From: a virus
Taxonomy: Duplodnaviria; Caudoviricetes
IMG/VR virus record: IMGVR_UViG_3300029448_006778
Span: 1-55,700 of that record
Reading direction: 5' to 3' (one strand)
Length of the DNA: 55,700 nucleotides
The translations under genes and the position numbers were made by a program. The notes beneath the pieces are model-generated. The model saw only the letters and a program-made list of their open reading frames with translations. It ran no database searches and was not told the origin of the DNA. Of the stretch, positions 46,571 through 54,969 are shown one piece after another (within the stretch, counting starts at the first letter, position 1; each line of letters opens with the position of its first letter).

Positions 46571-48843
46571 CTTGCTCTCCTACAATTTTCCCAAAATTCT
46601 GCAAGTTCAGGAAATATTTCTAAGAAGTTTTTATCTCTTCTCTTATCATACTCATTAAAGAAATTAAAGAAATCTCCACGATTCTTCATCAACCAATCAA
46701 CATCATCCAATGGTGACTCCGCATAATCTATCAATCTTCTAAACTTCTCAATTTCAAAATCATAAAACCCACTATGTCCGTGTCCATAAATGTGTAAATA
46801 TTTATCTTCACGATATTGTTTCATCAGTTCTATATCTTCTTTCATCTTATCAATCCATTTTGTCGGTAAGATTCTTAGTGATTGATGTGATGGTTGTCGT
46901 AAATACGCAACATCCAATAATATTGCATAGTGTCTATATCTCTTTCCATTATAGTGTTTTTGTTTTAAATGAAAAACACCCTCAATTAATTTATGAAACT
47001 CTGGTGCACTTAATGCATTGTAAGTTGCCATAATAGTTACTGATGCCTTTGGAACTTCTGTTAAAAACTTATCAATGTTTGCCCAAAATCTATCAAACTC
47101 TAATCCATCACGAATGTATTCTGCCTGGTCACCCCAAGACTCTATACTCGTATAAACTGAATAATTCCAAACTAAATCATTTTCAGTAATCTCTTTTGAT
47201 TTTTCTATAAACTTTTCAAACAAATCTTGTGGTGGACAAAAATTTGAATTTATACTAATTTCTAATTCTGGATTTACATCAGGATTATCAATAATATAAT
47301 CCAACACTCTAAATGTATCTTTGTGTAGAATGGGTTCTCCACCAGTAATTCTTAATGTATGTAAATCTTCAAATAATTCTGGCCACCATTTCCAAAATGC
47401 TTGATTATATGGATTGAATTTTTTATATGGTATCGGCATCATATCTGCTCTCTTCAACCAATCTGTATTATTAAATAATCCACTTGTTGGATATGGGCCT
47501 TGTTTTGCTATCTCGGATTGCCATCTTGATGAACTTTTTACATCACAATAACTACATGCAAAGTTACATTGATTACTGAATGATATCTCAACATAAGGTG
47601 GATTGGTATCTTCTCTCCAATCCGAATCTCTAATCTTTCTAAAGTCTGGTAATGCCCAAGACTCAGCACTCTTCATATGTCTATCACTAAATGCATCTTT
47701 ATTTGCATCTTCAACTTTCCAACAATAATCACATTCCTTTGGTCTACCACCCTCTAACATCATCTTTCGTTGTAACTTTTTAAACTTTGTATTGTGTAAT
47801 GCAGATTTATTATTTTCTAATTCATCTAATGGTATTTTATGTGGTACTGGATGGTGACAACTATGAGTCATTCCATTCTGTAATAATAGTGATACTTGAT
47901 TCCATTTTGCCAAACAAAATCCTTTACCAACTTTATTTAATTCTCGTTTTAATATATTGATTTCTTTTAATCCATGTAGACTTTTTTCTTTAAAGATATC
48001 AATATCTACTTCTTGTTTCTGAGCCTCTTCATCTTTAATTTCAAATTGTTCTAAATGAACTCTCATTTTTAATTCTTCACTTGCCTTTTTTAATTTACCC
48101 TCGTTTTTCAATTTAGTAATTTCTGCTTCGATATATGGTGAAGAGTGTTTCAATAAATGATACTTATGTCTTTCAAAATTTTCATCAAGTCCACTACATA
48201 TTTCCATAAATAGAATGTGTTTCATAACATCAGATGCAGAAAGTTCAGAGCGTTCTCGTTTCATTCTTTCGATTTCATTCTTGGTTTCTTCTTTAAGTTC
48301 TGGCAGTAAAGCATCTAACCTCTTTCGAATTTCAGTTTTTGCATACTCTTCATCATTATCCATATTTGAATACCAATTATCTGTATCTTTATTTTCTTTA
48401 TTTAGAAGAATAACTCGTTGTTCTAATTCTTGAAATGGACTTAATATTTTATTTGATTTTTTTATAATTCTAATTTCATGTTCAACTTCTGGTGAAGTGT
48501 GTTTAATACATTGTGTAACTGCAACTCTATATTCAAGTTCTTGTGTAATATTAACAATCTTTGCACTATCTGGTACATGATTATAATATCTAAAAATCTC
48601 TTCATCAATATATTCGTTTACATACCTCTCACATTCACTTAACTTGATAAGATAATAACATTCTTTATCAAATTGTTTTTTGAAAAAATCTTTATCCTTT
48701 TTTACATATTCTTCCATTCGATTAGTAACCCACTCTGTTGAATGTTTTCTTCTAATTTCATAATCGAATTGTTTAGGTGGCCATTCATTTAAATGTTGGA
48801 ACTCTCTTATACCTTTATTTTCTATTTGAACAAAATTATTCAT
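46543..48843 (-). CDS. Twitch-domain radical SAM protein with a ~300-aa helical N-terminal extension
   Basis: CLAKW...HSCHHP...ECDYCW, CNFACSYC, ITGGEP; paralog of 39519-40976. Confidence 0.88.
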   Translation of the reverse strand: MNNFVQIENKGIREFQHLNEWPPKQFDYEIRRKHSTEWVTNRMEEYVKKDKDFFKKQFDKECYYLIKLSECERYVNEYIDEEIFRYYNHVPDSAKIVNITQELEYRVAVTQCIKHTSPEVEHEIRIIKKSNKILSPFQELEQRVILLNKENKDTDNWYSNMDNDEEYAKTEIRKRLDALLPELKEETKNEIERMKRERSELSASDVMKHILFMEICSGLDENFERHKYHLLKHSSPYIEAEITKLKNEGKLKKASEELKMRVHLEQFEIKDEEAQKQEVDIDIFKEKSLHGLKEINILKRELNKVGKGFCLAKWNQVSLLLQNGMTHSCHHPVPHKIPLDELENNKSALHNTKFKKLQRKMMLEGGRPKECDYCWKVEDANKDAFSDRHMKSAESWALPDFRKIRDSDWREDTNPPYVEISFSNQCNFACSYCDVKSSSRWQSEIAKQGPYPTSGLFNNTDWLKRADMMPIPYKKFNPYNQAFWKWWPELFEDLHTLRITGGEPILHKDTFRVLDYIIDNPDVNPELEISINSNFCPPQDLFEKFIEKSKEITENDLVWNYSVYTSIESWGDQAEYIRDGLEFDRFWANIDKFLTEVPKASVTIMATYNALSAPEFHKLIEGVFHLKQKHYNGKRYRHYAILLDVAYLRQPSHQSLRILPTKWIDKMKEDIELMKQYREDKYLHIYGHGHSGFYDFEIEKFRRLIDYAESPLDDVDWLMKNRGDFFNFFNEYDKRRDKNFLEIFPELAEFWENCRRASWSVKVPKI

Positions 48844-49550
48844 TTTTTCCTCTGTACCAATGTTGTACCTGTAGACATCGGTAATGCCGTTTTATCTTTG
48901 AAGTCAAAAAAGTTGAATACTTCCCACTTATCTTCTTCTGTTATTTTTTTAATTAACTTTGATGGTCCTGACATATCATCAAACTTCTCACCTTTTGGTA
49001 CTATTAAACTATTAAAATATTTTTCATCTGTGTCGTGTATTGATATGATTCCATTTTCTGATAACCTTTCACTATACAATTCAAAATCCAATTCTACTTG
49101 TTCATATGAATGTCCAGCATCAATATGTAAAAAATCAATTTCTATATTATTTCTTAAAAAGAAATTATAGTATGCATCATCAGTTAGTGCCTCTATAACT
49201 TTTGGTTGAAATGTTTCTACAAAATAACTCTCTTCGTCCCAATCTGGTTCTCCATTTACTCCATTTTTTGCATCAACAACAAATGTAGTTCCAAAATTCC
49301 CATCTATAAATACATCTAATTCTTTTAAATCCCAATGTGCAGCAGTCATCATTCGTGGAACAAATCCACCACCACTTCCTAAACAAACACAAGTTTTAGA
49401 TTTCATTAAATATGGTATCAAATAGAACAACAAACCACCACCTAAATAGATGTGTGTTGCACCATGTGATTCTTTGTATTTTACTGGTTTGTCTTTATCC
49501 CCATTATGTAATAATGAATCGTAAATCCAGCCTTGATTTAATAACCCCAT
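48840..49550 (-). CDS. Class I SAM-dependent methyltransferase (Methyltransf_24-like)
   Basis: VCLGSGGG, IDFLHIDAGHSYEQV..DF, GIISIHDT. Confidence 0.82.
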   Translation of the reverse strand: MGLLNQGWIYDSLLHNGDKDKPVKYKESHGATHIYLGGGLLFYLIPYLMKSKTCVCLGSGGGFVPRMMTAAHWDLKELDVFIDGNFGTTFVVDAKNGVNGEPDWDEESYFVETFQPKVIEALTDDAYYNFFLRNNIEIDFLHIDAGHSYEQVELDFELYSERLSENGIISIHDTDEKYFNSLIVPKGEKFDDMSGPSKLIKKITEEDKWEVFNFFDFKDKTALPMSTGTTLVQRKK

Positions 49551-49582
49551 AATAACCTCATTTTTCCTACTATTTCCTTATA

Positions 49583-49591
49583 TATAAATAT
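49583..49591 (-). promoter_or_regulatory. Putative late-promoter motif (ATATTTATA)
   Basis: In the 45-bp gap upstream of the methyltransferase, ahead of a GAGG SD. Confidence 0.5.
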
Positions 49592-49595
49592 AACC

Positions 49596-50252
49596 TTACC
49601 ACTTCAAACGATTATAAAATGTTGCAAGATGATCACTTATATAAAAATTATCTTCATTTTCAATATATGCATTTTGATAAAATCGATGGTCTGCAGGATA
49701 CAACTTCTTATTTAATCCTCTACTGACTTCCCAAGGTTTCCATTCTGAACTATGAAATACTACTTGTCCACTATCACAAGTTGATTCTTGTATTCCATCT
49801 TTATTAATTATTGGTTTAGAATATCTACTTTCTCTATCAAGTATTTTCATAAATTTAAAACCTGTATCATGTTTAAAAGTTATAAATTTTTCTGATTCAA
49901 TTGAATTATCTAAAACATCTAACAAATGTGTGTATAAATCAGTATGTATAATATTGTCATCATCACATAAATAAACCCAACCCTCTTTAACATTTTCCAT
50001 TAATGCATTTTTACATTGATTTCCCCAACAACCATCTTCGGTTTCGGTAAAAGAATCCATATAATTAAATAAATTAATATCTATATCTTCTTTTTTACAT
50101 ATCAATGTATCAATTGCAACATGCCATCTTATATCAAAATTTTTTCTAAAGTCTGGTAACATCATAAATGGATTATCAAATATACTTTCTTTTACTAAAT
50201 GTAAGTTGTGTGGATAAAGTCCACATGGTGTACCAATATTTAATATCATCAA
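49596..50252 (-). CDS. GT2-like glycosyltransferase
   Basis: IGTP, WGNQCKN, WVYLCDDDN (DxD), DSGQ, AD..F, FYN. Confidence 0.7.
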   Translation of the reverse strand: MMILNIGTPCGLYPHNLHLVKESIFDNPFMMLPDFRKNFDIRWHVAIDTLICKKEDIDINLFNYMDSFTETEDGCWGNQCKNALMENVKEGWVYLCDDDNIIHTDLYTHLLDVLDNSIESEKFITFKHDTGFKFMKILDRESRYSKPIINKDGIQESTCDSGQVVFHSSEWKPWEVSRGLNKKLYPADHRFYQNAYIENEDNFYISDHLATFYNRLKW

Positions 50253-51745
50253 TTACTACCTTTATTATGAACCAATATATTTTCTACAAAATAAACATCA
50301 CTTGGTTCTACATCAATGTTTACAACTTCTACTTCTTCCTTTACTTTAGTATTTTGTTCTACGACTAACTCATCAAAACTATTTGTTAAAAACTTATCAT
50401 CAACATCTATGTTACCTGCTCTTAACCATTCCCATTCATTCATTACACCAACATATCCTTTATTAACAAAAAGTTCATGTTCATCAGTAACATTTAGTTC
50501 ACTATATAATCCAGTTGATAAACTTCTTGCAATTATTTTATGATAATATGGTTTATAATCAAACCACATATGTTCTACATATGCAGTGTCGTTTGTGAAT
50601 CCATCATATGATGATGTTGTCCAACTTGACCATACTTTAAATCCTCTATCTTCATCTGGTAATGTTTTAATATTGAATGTACTAACTTTATCACCAACAT
50701 CTATATCTTCTATGTTTTTTTCTGTTCCATCTTCCATTAAAACTTTTGAACCTGGTAAGAAACATGCTACTGATTGTCCACCATAAGTATCTTGTATTTC
50801 AACCTCTTTAGTAATTGCAGTATTATATCTTGTTGCATGATCATTATATCCATCACTTTGTTTATCTTCATGAAACTTACCACTTATCTCTACGGTTTGA
50901 TCATCATATTCTAAACCTGCCCACTTTTTCAATGATATATGATCCATAAAAATATCACCACTACTACCAGTAAATTCTAATCGTAATTCAACACTCGTTG
51001 AACCACTTGTATAAAAATTATCTGTAAATAAATCCCAATTATTTGTATTGTTTGCTGCATTTCTACCAAATGTATGTGATGAAGTTTGTAATACTGCTTT
51101 AATATTTCTATCCCCTGCACTTGTATTATAAAATCTACCTTGAATTTCATATGTTGAATATGCACTTACTGATATCGTTTGTCGTAAACAACCAGTAGTA
51201 ATCTTTGCAGCAAAACTCGAACCACTTCCTGCCGGGTCAGCATTTGGTGTTCCACCACTATAAGTATGTTTATTTACTCCTGAACCATCTTTCGTCCAAG
51301 TACCTGGTTGTGTATCACTTGTCCAAGTTGCAAAATTACCATTACCCACAACACTACTTGCCATAACCGTTTTTAAATCAGAAATAGTTCCTGCAGTAAA
51401 TGTCCTACGAAATCCAGCATCTGTACTCAATGAGAATGCACTTGAGTTATTAGTTGTCCAAGTAAAATTATTTGCATTATTTGCAATCTTACTTGTAAAT
51501 AATGGCCCAGCATTAGAAAATGTTAAATCATAGTTTTCAGAAGTTTGTTCATCTACATTTGCATAACCACTTAAAGTACTACCAACATCACTAATTGAAA
51601 ATGCAGACATACTTATTTGTGAATTTGCAGCACCACTCCCACCAACACTTCCCAATGAAGTCTCGGTTGTATAATCAGAACGAGAAGATGTTACTGCTCT
51701 TCCTAATTTTCCTAATGATAAGTTTTGATTTGATGCTGTACTCAT
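50249..51745 (-). CDS. Probable virion protein with a carbohydrate-binding-like domain and C-terminal Hint domain
   Basis: Ser/Thr/Gly-rich N-part with NGNFATW...LRQTISV...FMDHISL. Hint domain CFLPGSKV...IEDIDVGD...TDEH...VVNIDVE...LVHN at 50264-50764. Confidence 0.75.
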   Translation of the reverse strand: MSTASNQNLSLGKLGRAVTSSRSDYTTETSLGSVGGSGAANSQISMSAFSISDVGSTLSGYANVDEQTSENYDLTFSNAGPLFTSKIANNANNFTWTTNNSSAFSLSTDAGFRRTFTAGTISDLKTVMASSVVGNGNFATWTSDTQPGTWTKDGSGVNKHTYSGGTPNADPAGSGSSFAAKITTGCLRQTISVSAYSTYEIQGRFYNTSAGDRNIKAVLQTSSHTFGRNAANNTNNWDLFTDNFYTSGSTSVELRLEFTGSSGDIFMDHISLKKWAGLEYDDQTVEISGKFHEDKQSDGYNDHATRYNTAITKEVEIQDTYGGQSVACFLPGSKVLMEDGTEKNIEDIDVGDKVSTFNIKTLPDEDRGFKVWSSWTTSSYDGFTNDTAYVEHMWFDYKPYYHKIIARSLSTGLYSELNVTDEHELFVNKGYVGVMNEWEWLRAGNIDVDDKFLTNSFDELVVEQNTKVKEEVEVVNIDVEPSDVYFVENILVHNKGSN

Positions 51746-51748
51746 ATT

Positions 51749-51757
51749 AATAAATAT
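51749..51757 (-). promoter_or_regulatory. Putative late-promoter motif (ATATTTATT), 3 nt upstream of an ATG
   Basis: Fills the 11-bp gap; no SD, so the mRNA may be leaderless. Confidence 0.4.
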
Positions 51758-52764
51758 TACTCGTTGTATATTCGTAGGTATTTTTCAACCCATTCTTCTG
51801 TATTATCATATCTTTTTAATTCATTTCGTAATAAAATAAGTAGATGATGTCTTTGTTCTTTGTTAAGTTTTTTTATTTCATTTACACACTTATCAAATTC
51901 TTCTTTAGTAGTTGCTCTAAATGGGTACTCAATGTCATCACACCAATTGTGTGGTAATATTGGTAATTTACCATAGTCAACTGCTTCAAAAATACTATAT
52001 CCAAAAGGTTCATTCAAATGTGCAGAATGACTTATACCCCAATCATCTCTTTCTAAGAAGTTTTTCAAGAATTGATATTTAAATTGAAATATTTTTGTAT
52101 CTTTAAATTCAATCTTGAGTTTCTTCTCCCACTCTCCAACATCAAAGATATCGGTAAACGCCATAGACTTGTGATTTAAAAGAAAGTGTGGTGCTTTCCT
52201 TGTTTCCATTCTGGCGGCAAATCCGATAGTGTCGTTCATCACGATATCTTTGTTTCGTTGAAATTCATAACAATTAGGTATATTAATTAAATCAAATTTT
52301 TTATGTAGTGGTGTATCTTCCACACCAATCCAAACTTTGTGTTTAGCCCATTTTAAGACTTCACTTTCCCATTCCTTTGAAGACGCAAAATGCATCAATC
52401 TTGGTAAGTCCAATACGAATCCGGCATGTAAACTCAAATCCAAACTCACATGAACAATGTTAGAATGAATTTTTTCACGATTTTCGGAAATTAATTTATG
52501 TGGTGTATAGTATCCATGTAAAATGTTAATACGCCGCGAATCATTGATGTATCGTTCAAACTCGATAGGATTGTCACTTTGCCATATGACTTCTACATCG
52601 GTATCGAACTTCACATCAAACTTTTCTGGTTTGGTTCTGTGAATTAATAATTTACTTGGATAAGTTAACTTGGGTGCAATTTCCTTTAACCACTTATTTA
52701 CCCAAACATCACTACCACCATATACAAGTGAACCACCACCTGTGCTGTAATATACATCAAACAT
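51757..52764 (-). CDS. GT-B fold glycosyltransferase (GT4-like)
   Basis: GGSDVWV, GFAAR...RK, EPFGYSIFEA (EX7E). Confidence 0.75.
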   Translation of the reverse strand: MFDVYYSTGGGSLVYGGSDVWVNKWLKEIAPKLTYPSKLLIHRTKPEKFDVKFDTDVEVIWQSDNPIEFERYINDSRRINILHGYYTPHKLISENREKIHSNIVHVSLDLSLHAGFVLDLPRLMHFASSKEWESEVLKWAKHKVWIGVEDTPLHKKFDLINIPNCYEFQRNKDIVMNDTIGFAARMETRKAPHFLLNHKSMAFTDIFDVGEWEKKLKIEFKDTKIFQFKYQFLKNFLERDDWGISHSAHLNEPFGYSIFEAVDYGKLPILPHNWCDDIEYPFRATTKEEFDKCVNEIKKLNKEQRHHLLILLRNELKRYDNTEEWVEKYLRIYNE

Positions 52765-52773
52765 TATAACTCC

Positions 52774-53823
52774 TTACTTATCGTGAACATTATGTGTCAT
52801 ATATCCTTGTGCAAAGAATACATCATAAGGTTCACAATTTAAATTTACAACTTCTACTTCTTCCTCAATTTTTTGTATAGTGACAATTTGTACTTCTGTT
52901 AAATCATCTCTTATTAAATAGTCATCATACTTAACTAACTCATCAGTTCTTTTATACTGATAAATATATCCACTACCCTCTTCACCTCTACTTATTGTAG
53001 ATTTCACTAACCACGGATGTTCTTCAGTAGTACTAATCACACTATTAATTCTATAATAACTCTCATAGTAATCAAAATACAAATGTTTAACACTACCACT
53101 TACAAGAGTCATATCTGATATATCATCATCACTCCATTCACCCCAAGTATCTGTGGAATCAAAATCTAATGGTATACTATCTTTTGAATATGCAACAATC
53201 GTATCTCCGACATCTACATCTTCTATATTTTTATAAAATGTATTTCCCCTATCATCTTTCAGGGTTATACTCGTCCCCAACAATAAACATCCACCACCAC
53301 CATAAATATCGTACACAGCACCGTAAAACTCATCGAAGTGTATTGGATGTGTTGCACTACCACTTATCGGTCCTGTAGTGTCCCAATCAAAATTTGGTTT
53401 ATTATCTGTCTCATCGTGTACAACGGAACCAAGTGTATCATGGATACCTGCAACTGATGAAAAGTCTTGATACAAATCGTGAATATCTGAGTTTGCAGAA
53501 TTGACTGCAACTCCTCTTTCATCATTGATATCCTTAATTGACATTGAAACATCTTGTCCTATTGTTGGTATTAATAAAGCACCACTTCCTGGTGTATTTA
53601 GTATTCCAATATTTGTACTACCACTTGAATAATTTGAACCATTATTTGTAATATTAACACTTGTGATTACACCACTTGAATTACTCGTACAAGTACCTGC
53701 AAAACTTTGTCCATGTTTTGATTTAGTTCTTACGGATAAAGTATAGGTTTGTGCATTACCAAATCCACCACCACCCTCTGAAATATTTATACTTTTTATC
53801 TTCCAACCAGCCTGAAGAGCCAT
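52774..53823 (-). CDS. Probable virion/tail protein with C-terminal Hint domain
   Basis: N-part GVITSVNITNNGSNY...GSGA (a phage structural repeat type). Hint domain CLLLGTSI...IEDVDVGD...TEEH...VVNLNCE...MTHN at 52789-53289. Confidence 0.75.
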   Translation of the reverse strand: MALQAGWKIKSINISEGGGGFGNAQTYTLSVRTKSKHGQSFAGTCTSNSSGVITSVNITNNGSNYSSGSTNIGILNTPGSGALLIPTIGQDVSMSIKDINDERGVAVNSANSDIHDLYQDFSSVAGIHDTLGSVVHDETDNKPNFDWDTTGPISGSATHPIHFDEFYGAVYDIYGGGGCLLLGTSITLKDDRGNTFYKNIEDVDVGDTIVAYSKDSIPLDFDSTDTWGEWSDDDISDMTLVSGSVKHLYFDYYESYYRINSVISTTEEHPWLVKSTISRGEEGSGYIYQYKRTDELVKYDDYLIRDDLTEVQIVTIQKIEEEVEVVNLNCEPYDVFFAQGYMTHNVHDK

Positions 53824-53824
53824 T

Positions 53825-54403
53825 TTATAACCTCTTTTTCAATTCTATTATATCACTCTTTAAATCTTTTATTTGTTTTTGTTGATCATTTATACCTTGA
53901 ACCAACAACGATACTACTCTATCATATCGTACTGCCTTAAATCCATCATCACGAGTAACCACCACTTCAGGTAACACTTCTTCTACTTCTTGTGCAATCA
54001 AACCTACATCGTGTCCTTTTTGTATATCGAGTTCATGTGCCTTTTCATTCCAATCAAACTCTACTCCTCGTAATTTACTCAATTTAAATAACGAATCTTC
54101 TATTGGACGAACATTATCTTTTAATCTTATATCAGAAGAATAGTATGCAGTAATATTTCCTGTTGCAAAAATGTTTCCACTTACATGCAATTCAGTAGAC
54201 GGACTAACTCCTATACCCAATCCAGTATTAGTTATGTTTATCTTTGTGGATGTGGCGTCATCATTTATACCAAGAGAATTAAATTTCTTTAAGTTAATAT
54301 TGTCGTATGTAGTATCACCTGTAAGTGCATCATATAAATTTGTTACATGAGTACTTGTAATACTCCCACCACTTGATATTCCTGATTTGTCTAAATTAGC
54401 CAT
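53825..54403 (-). CDS. Short tail-fibre-like protein with intramolecular chaperone (peptidase S74) domain
   Basis: GLGIGVSPSTELHVSG, then SDIRLKDN...GVEFDW...GLIAQEVEEVLPE...LLVQGI and a coiled coil. Confidence 0.88.
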   Translation of the reverse strand: MANLDKSGISSGGSITSTHVTNLYDALTGDTTYDNINLKKFNSLGINDDATSTKINITNTGLGIGVSPSTELHVSGNIFATGNITAYYSSDIRLKDNVRPIEDSLFKLSKLRGVEFDWNEKAHELDIQKGHDVGLIAQEVEEVLPEVVVTRDDGFKAVRYDRVVSLLVQGINDQQKQIKDLKSDIIELKKRL

Positions 54404-54414
54404 TTACATTTATC

Positions 54415-54945
54415 CTATACTTGAATCCAAAAGGATTTACCCCCACTTGCTCCACTACCTGGATTACCACCTGGGTCAGCACTTAATCCACCTGCAGATC
54501 CACCTGAACCTTTTGAACCACCACTCGTGGCAACATTACCATTGTATTCTGATGTCGTTATTATAACTACGGCTCCACCTGGACCACCGGCTCCTCCACC
54601 GCCTCCTCCAGAACCAGCACCACCTACACCACCACTATTGGAACCTTGACCACCTGAACCACCTGCAGCACCACCTACTCCAGTTACAGATCTTTTTGAT
54701 GATTCACCTTTTCCGCCATCATCACCATCTCCATTAGCAGTTGAACCACCAGTGGCACCACCACCACCGCCTCCTCCTCCACCACTTCCACCTGATGAGG
54801 TAAGTCTATCTGCGGTTGTTGCTTCATCCATAACATCTCTAAACATTTGTAATATATGTGGATCAATTACATCGATTCTTGTTGCTGCACTTGCAGTTGA
54901 ACCTGCAGCTCCTGTTCCACCTTGATTACCTAAAGTTACTGCCAT
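54415..54945 (-). CDS. Glycine-rich protein (tail/virion-associated)
   Basis: Poly-Gly tracts, GGAGGPGGAVVIIT; AGGAG SD. Confidence 0.7.
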   Translation of the reverse strand: MAVTLGNQGGTGAAGSTASAATRIDVIDPHILQMFRDVMDEATTADRLTSSGGSGGGGGGGGGATGGSTANGDGDDGGKGESSKRSVTGVGGAAGGSGGQGSNSGGVGGAGSGGGGGGAGGPGGAVVIITTSEYNGNVATSGGSKGSGGSAGGLSADPGGNPGSGASGGKSFWIQV

Positions 54946-54969
54946 TTTCTTTCTCCTATTTTAAATTTT

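Noticed and set aside
18235-49591. T4 late promoters (TATAAATA) driving plus-strand genes
   Set aside because: No credible plus-strand genes lie downstream; the motif position fits minus-strand transcription. Antisense transcription was not tested.
50264-53289. Canonical mobile inteins or polymorphic-toxin pretoxin Hint modules
   Set aside because: There is no +1 Cys/Ser/Thr, no homing endonuclease, and only a 4-aa tail rather than an extein or toxin; no immunity gene follows.
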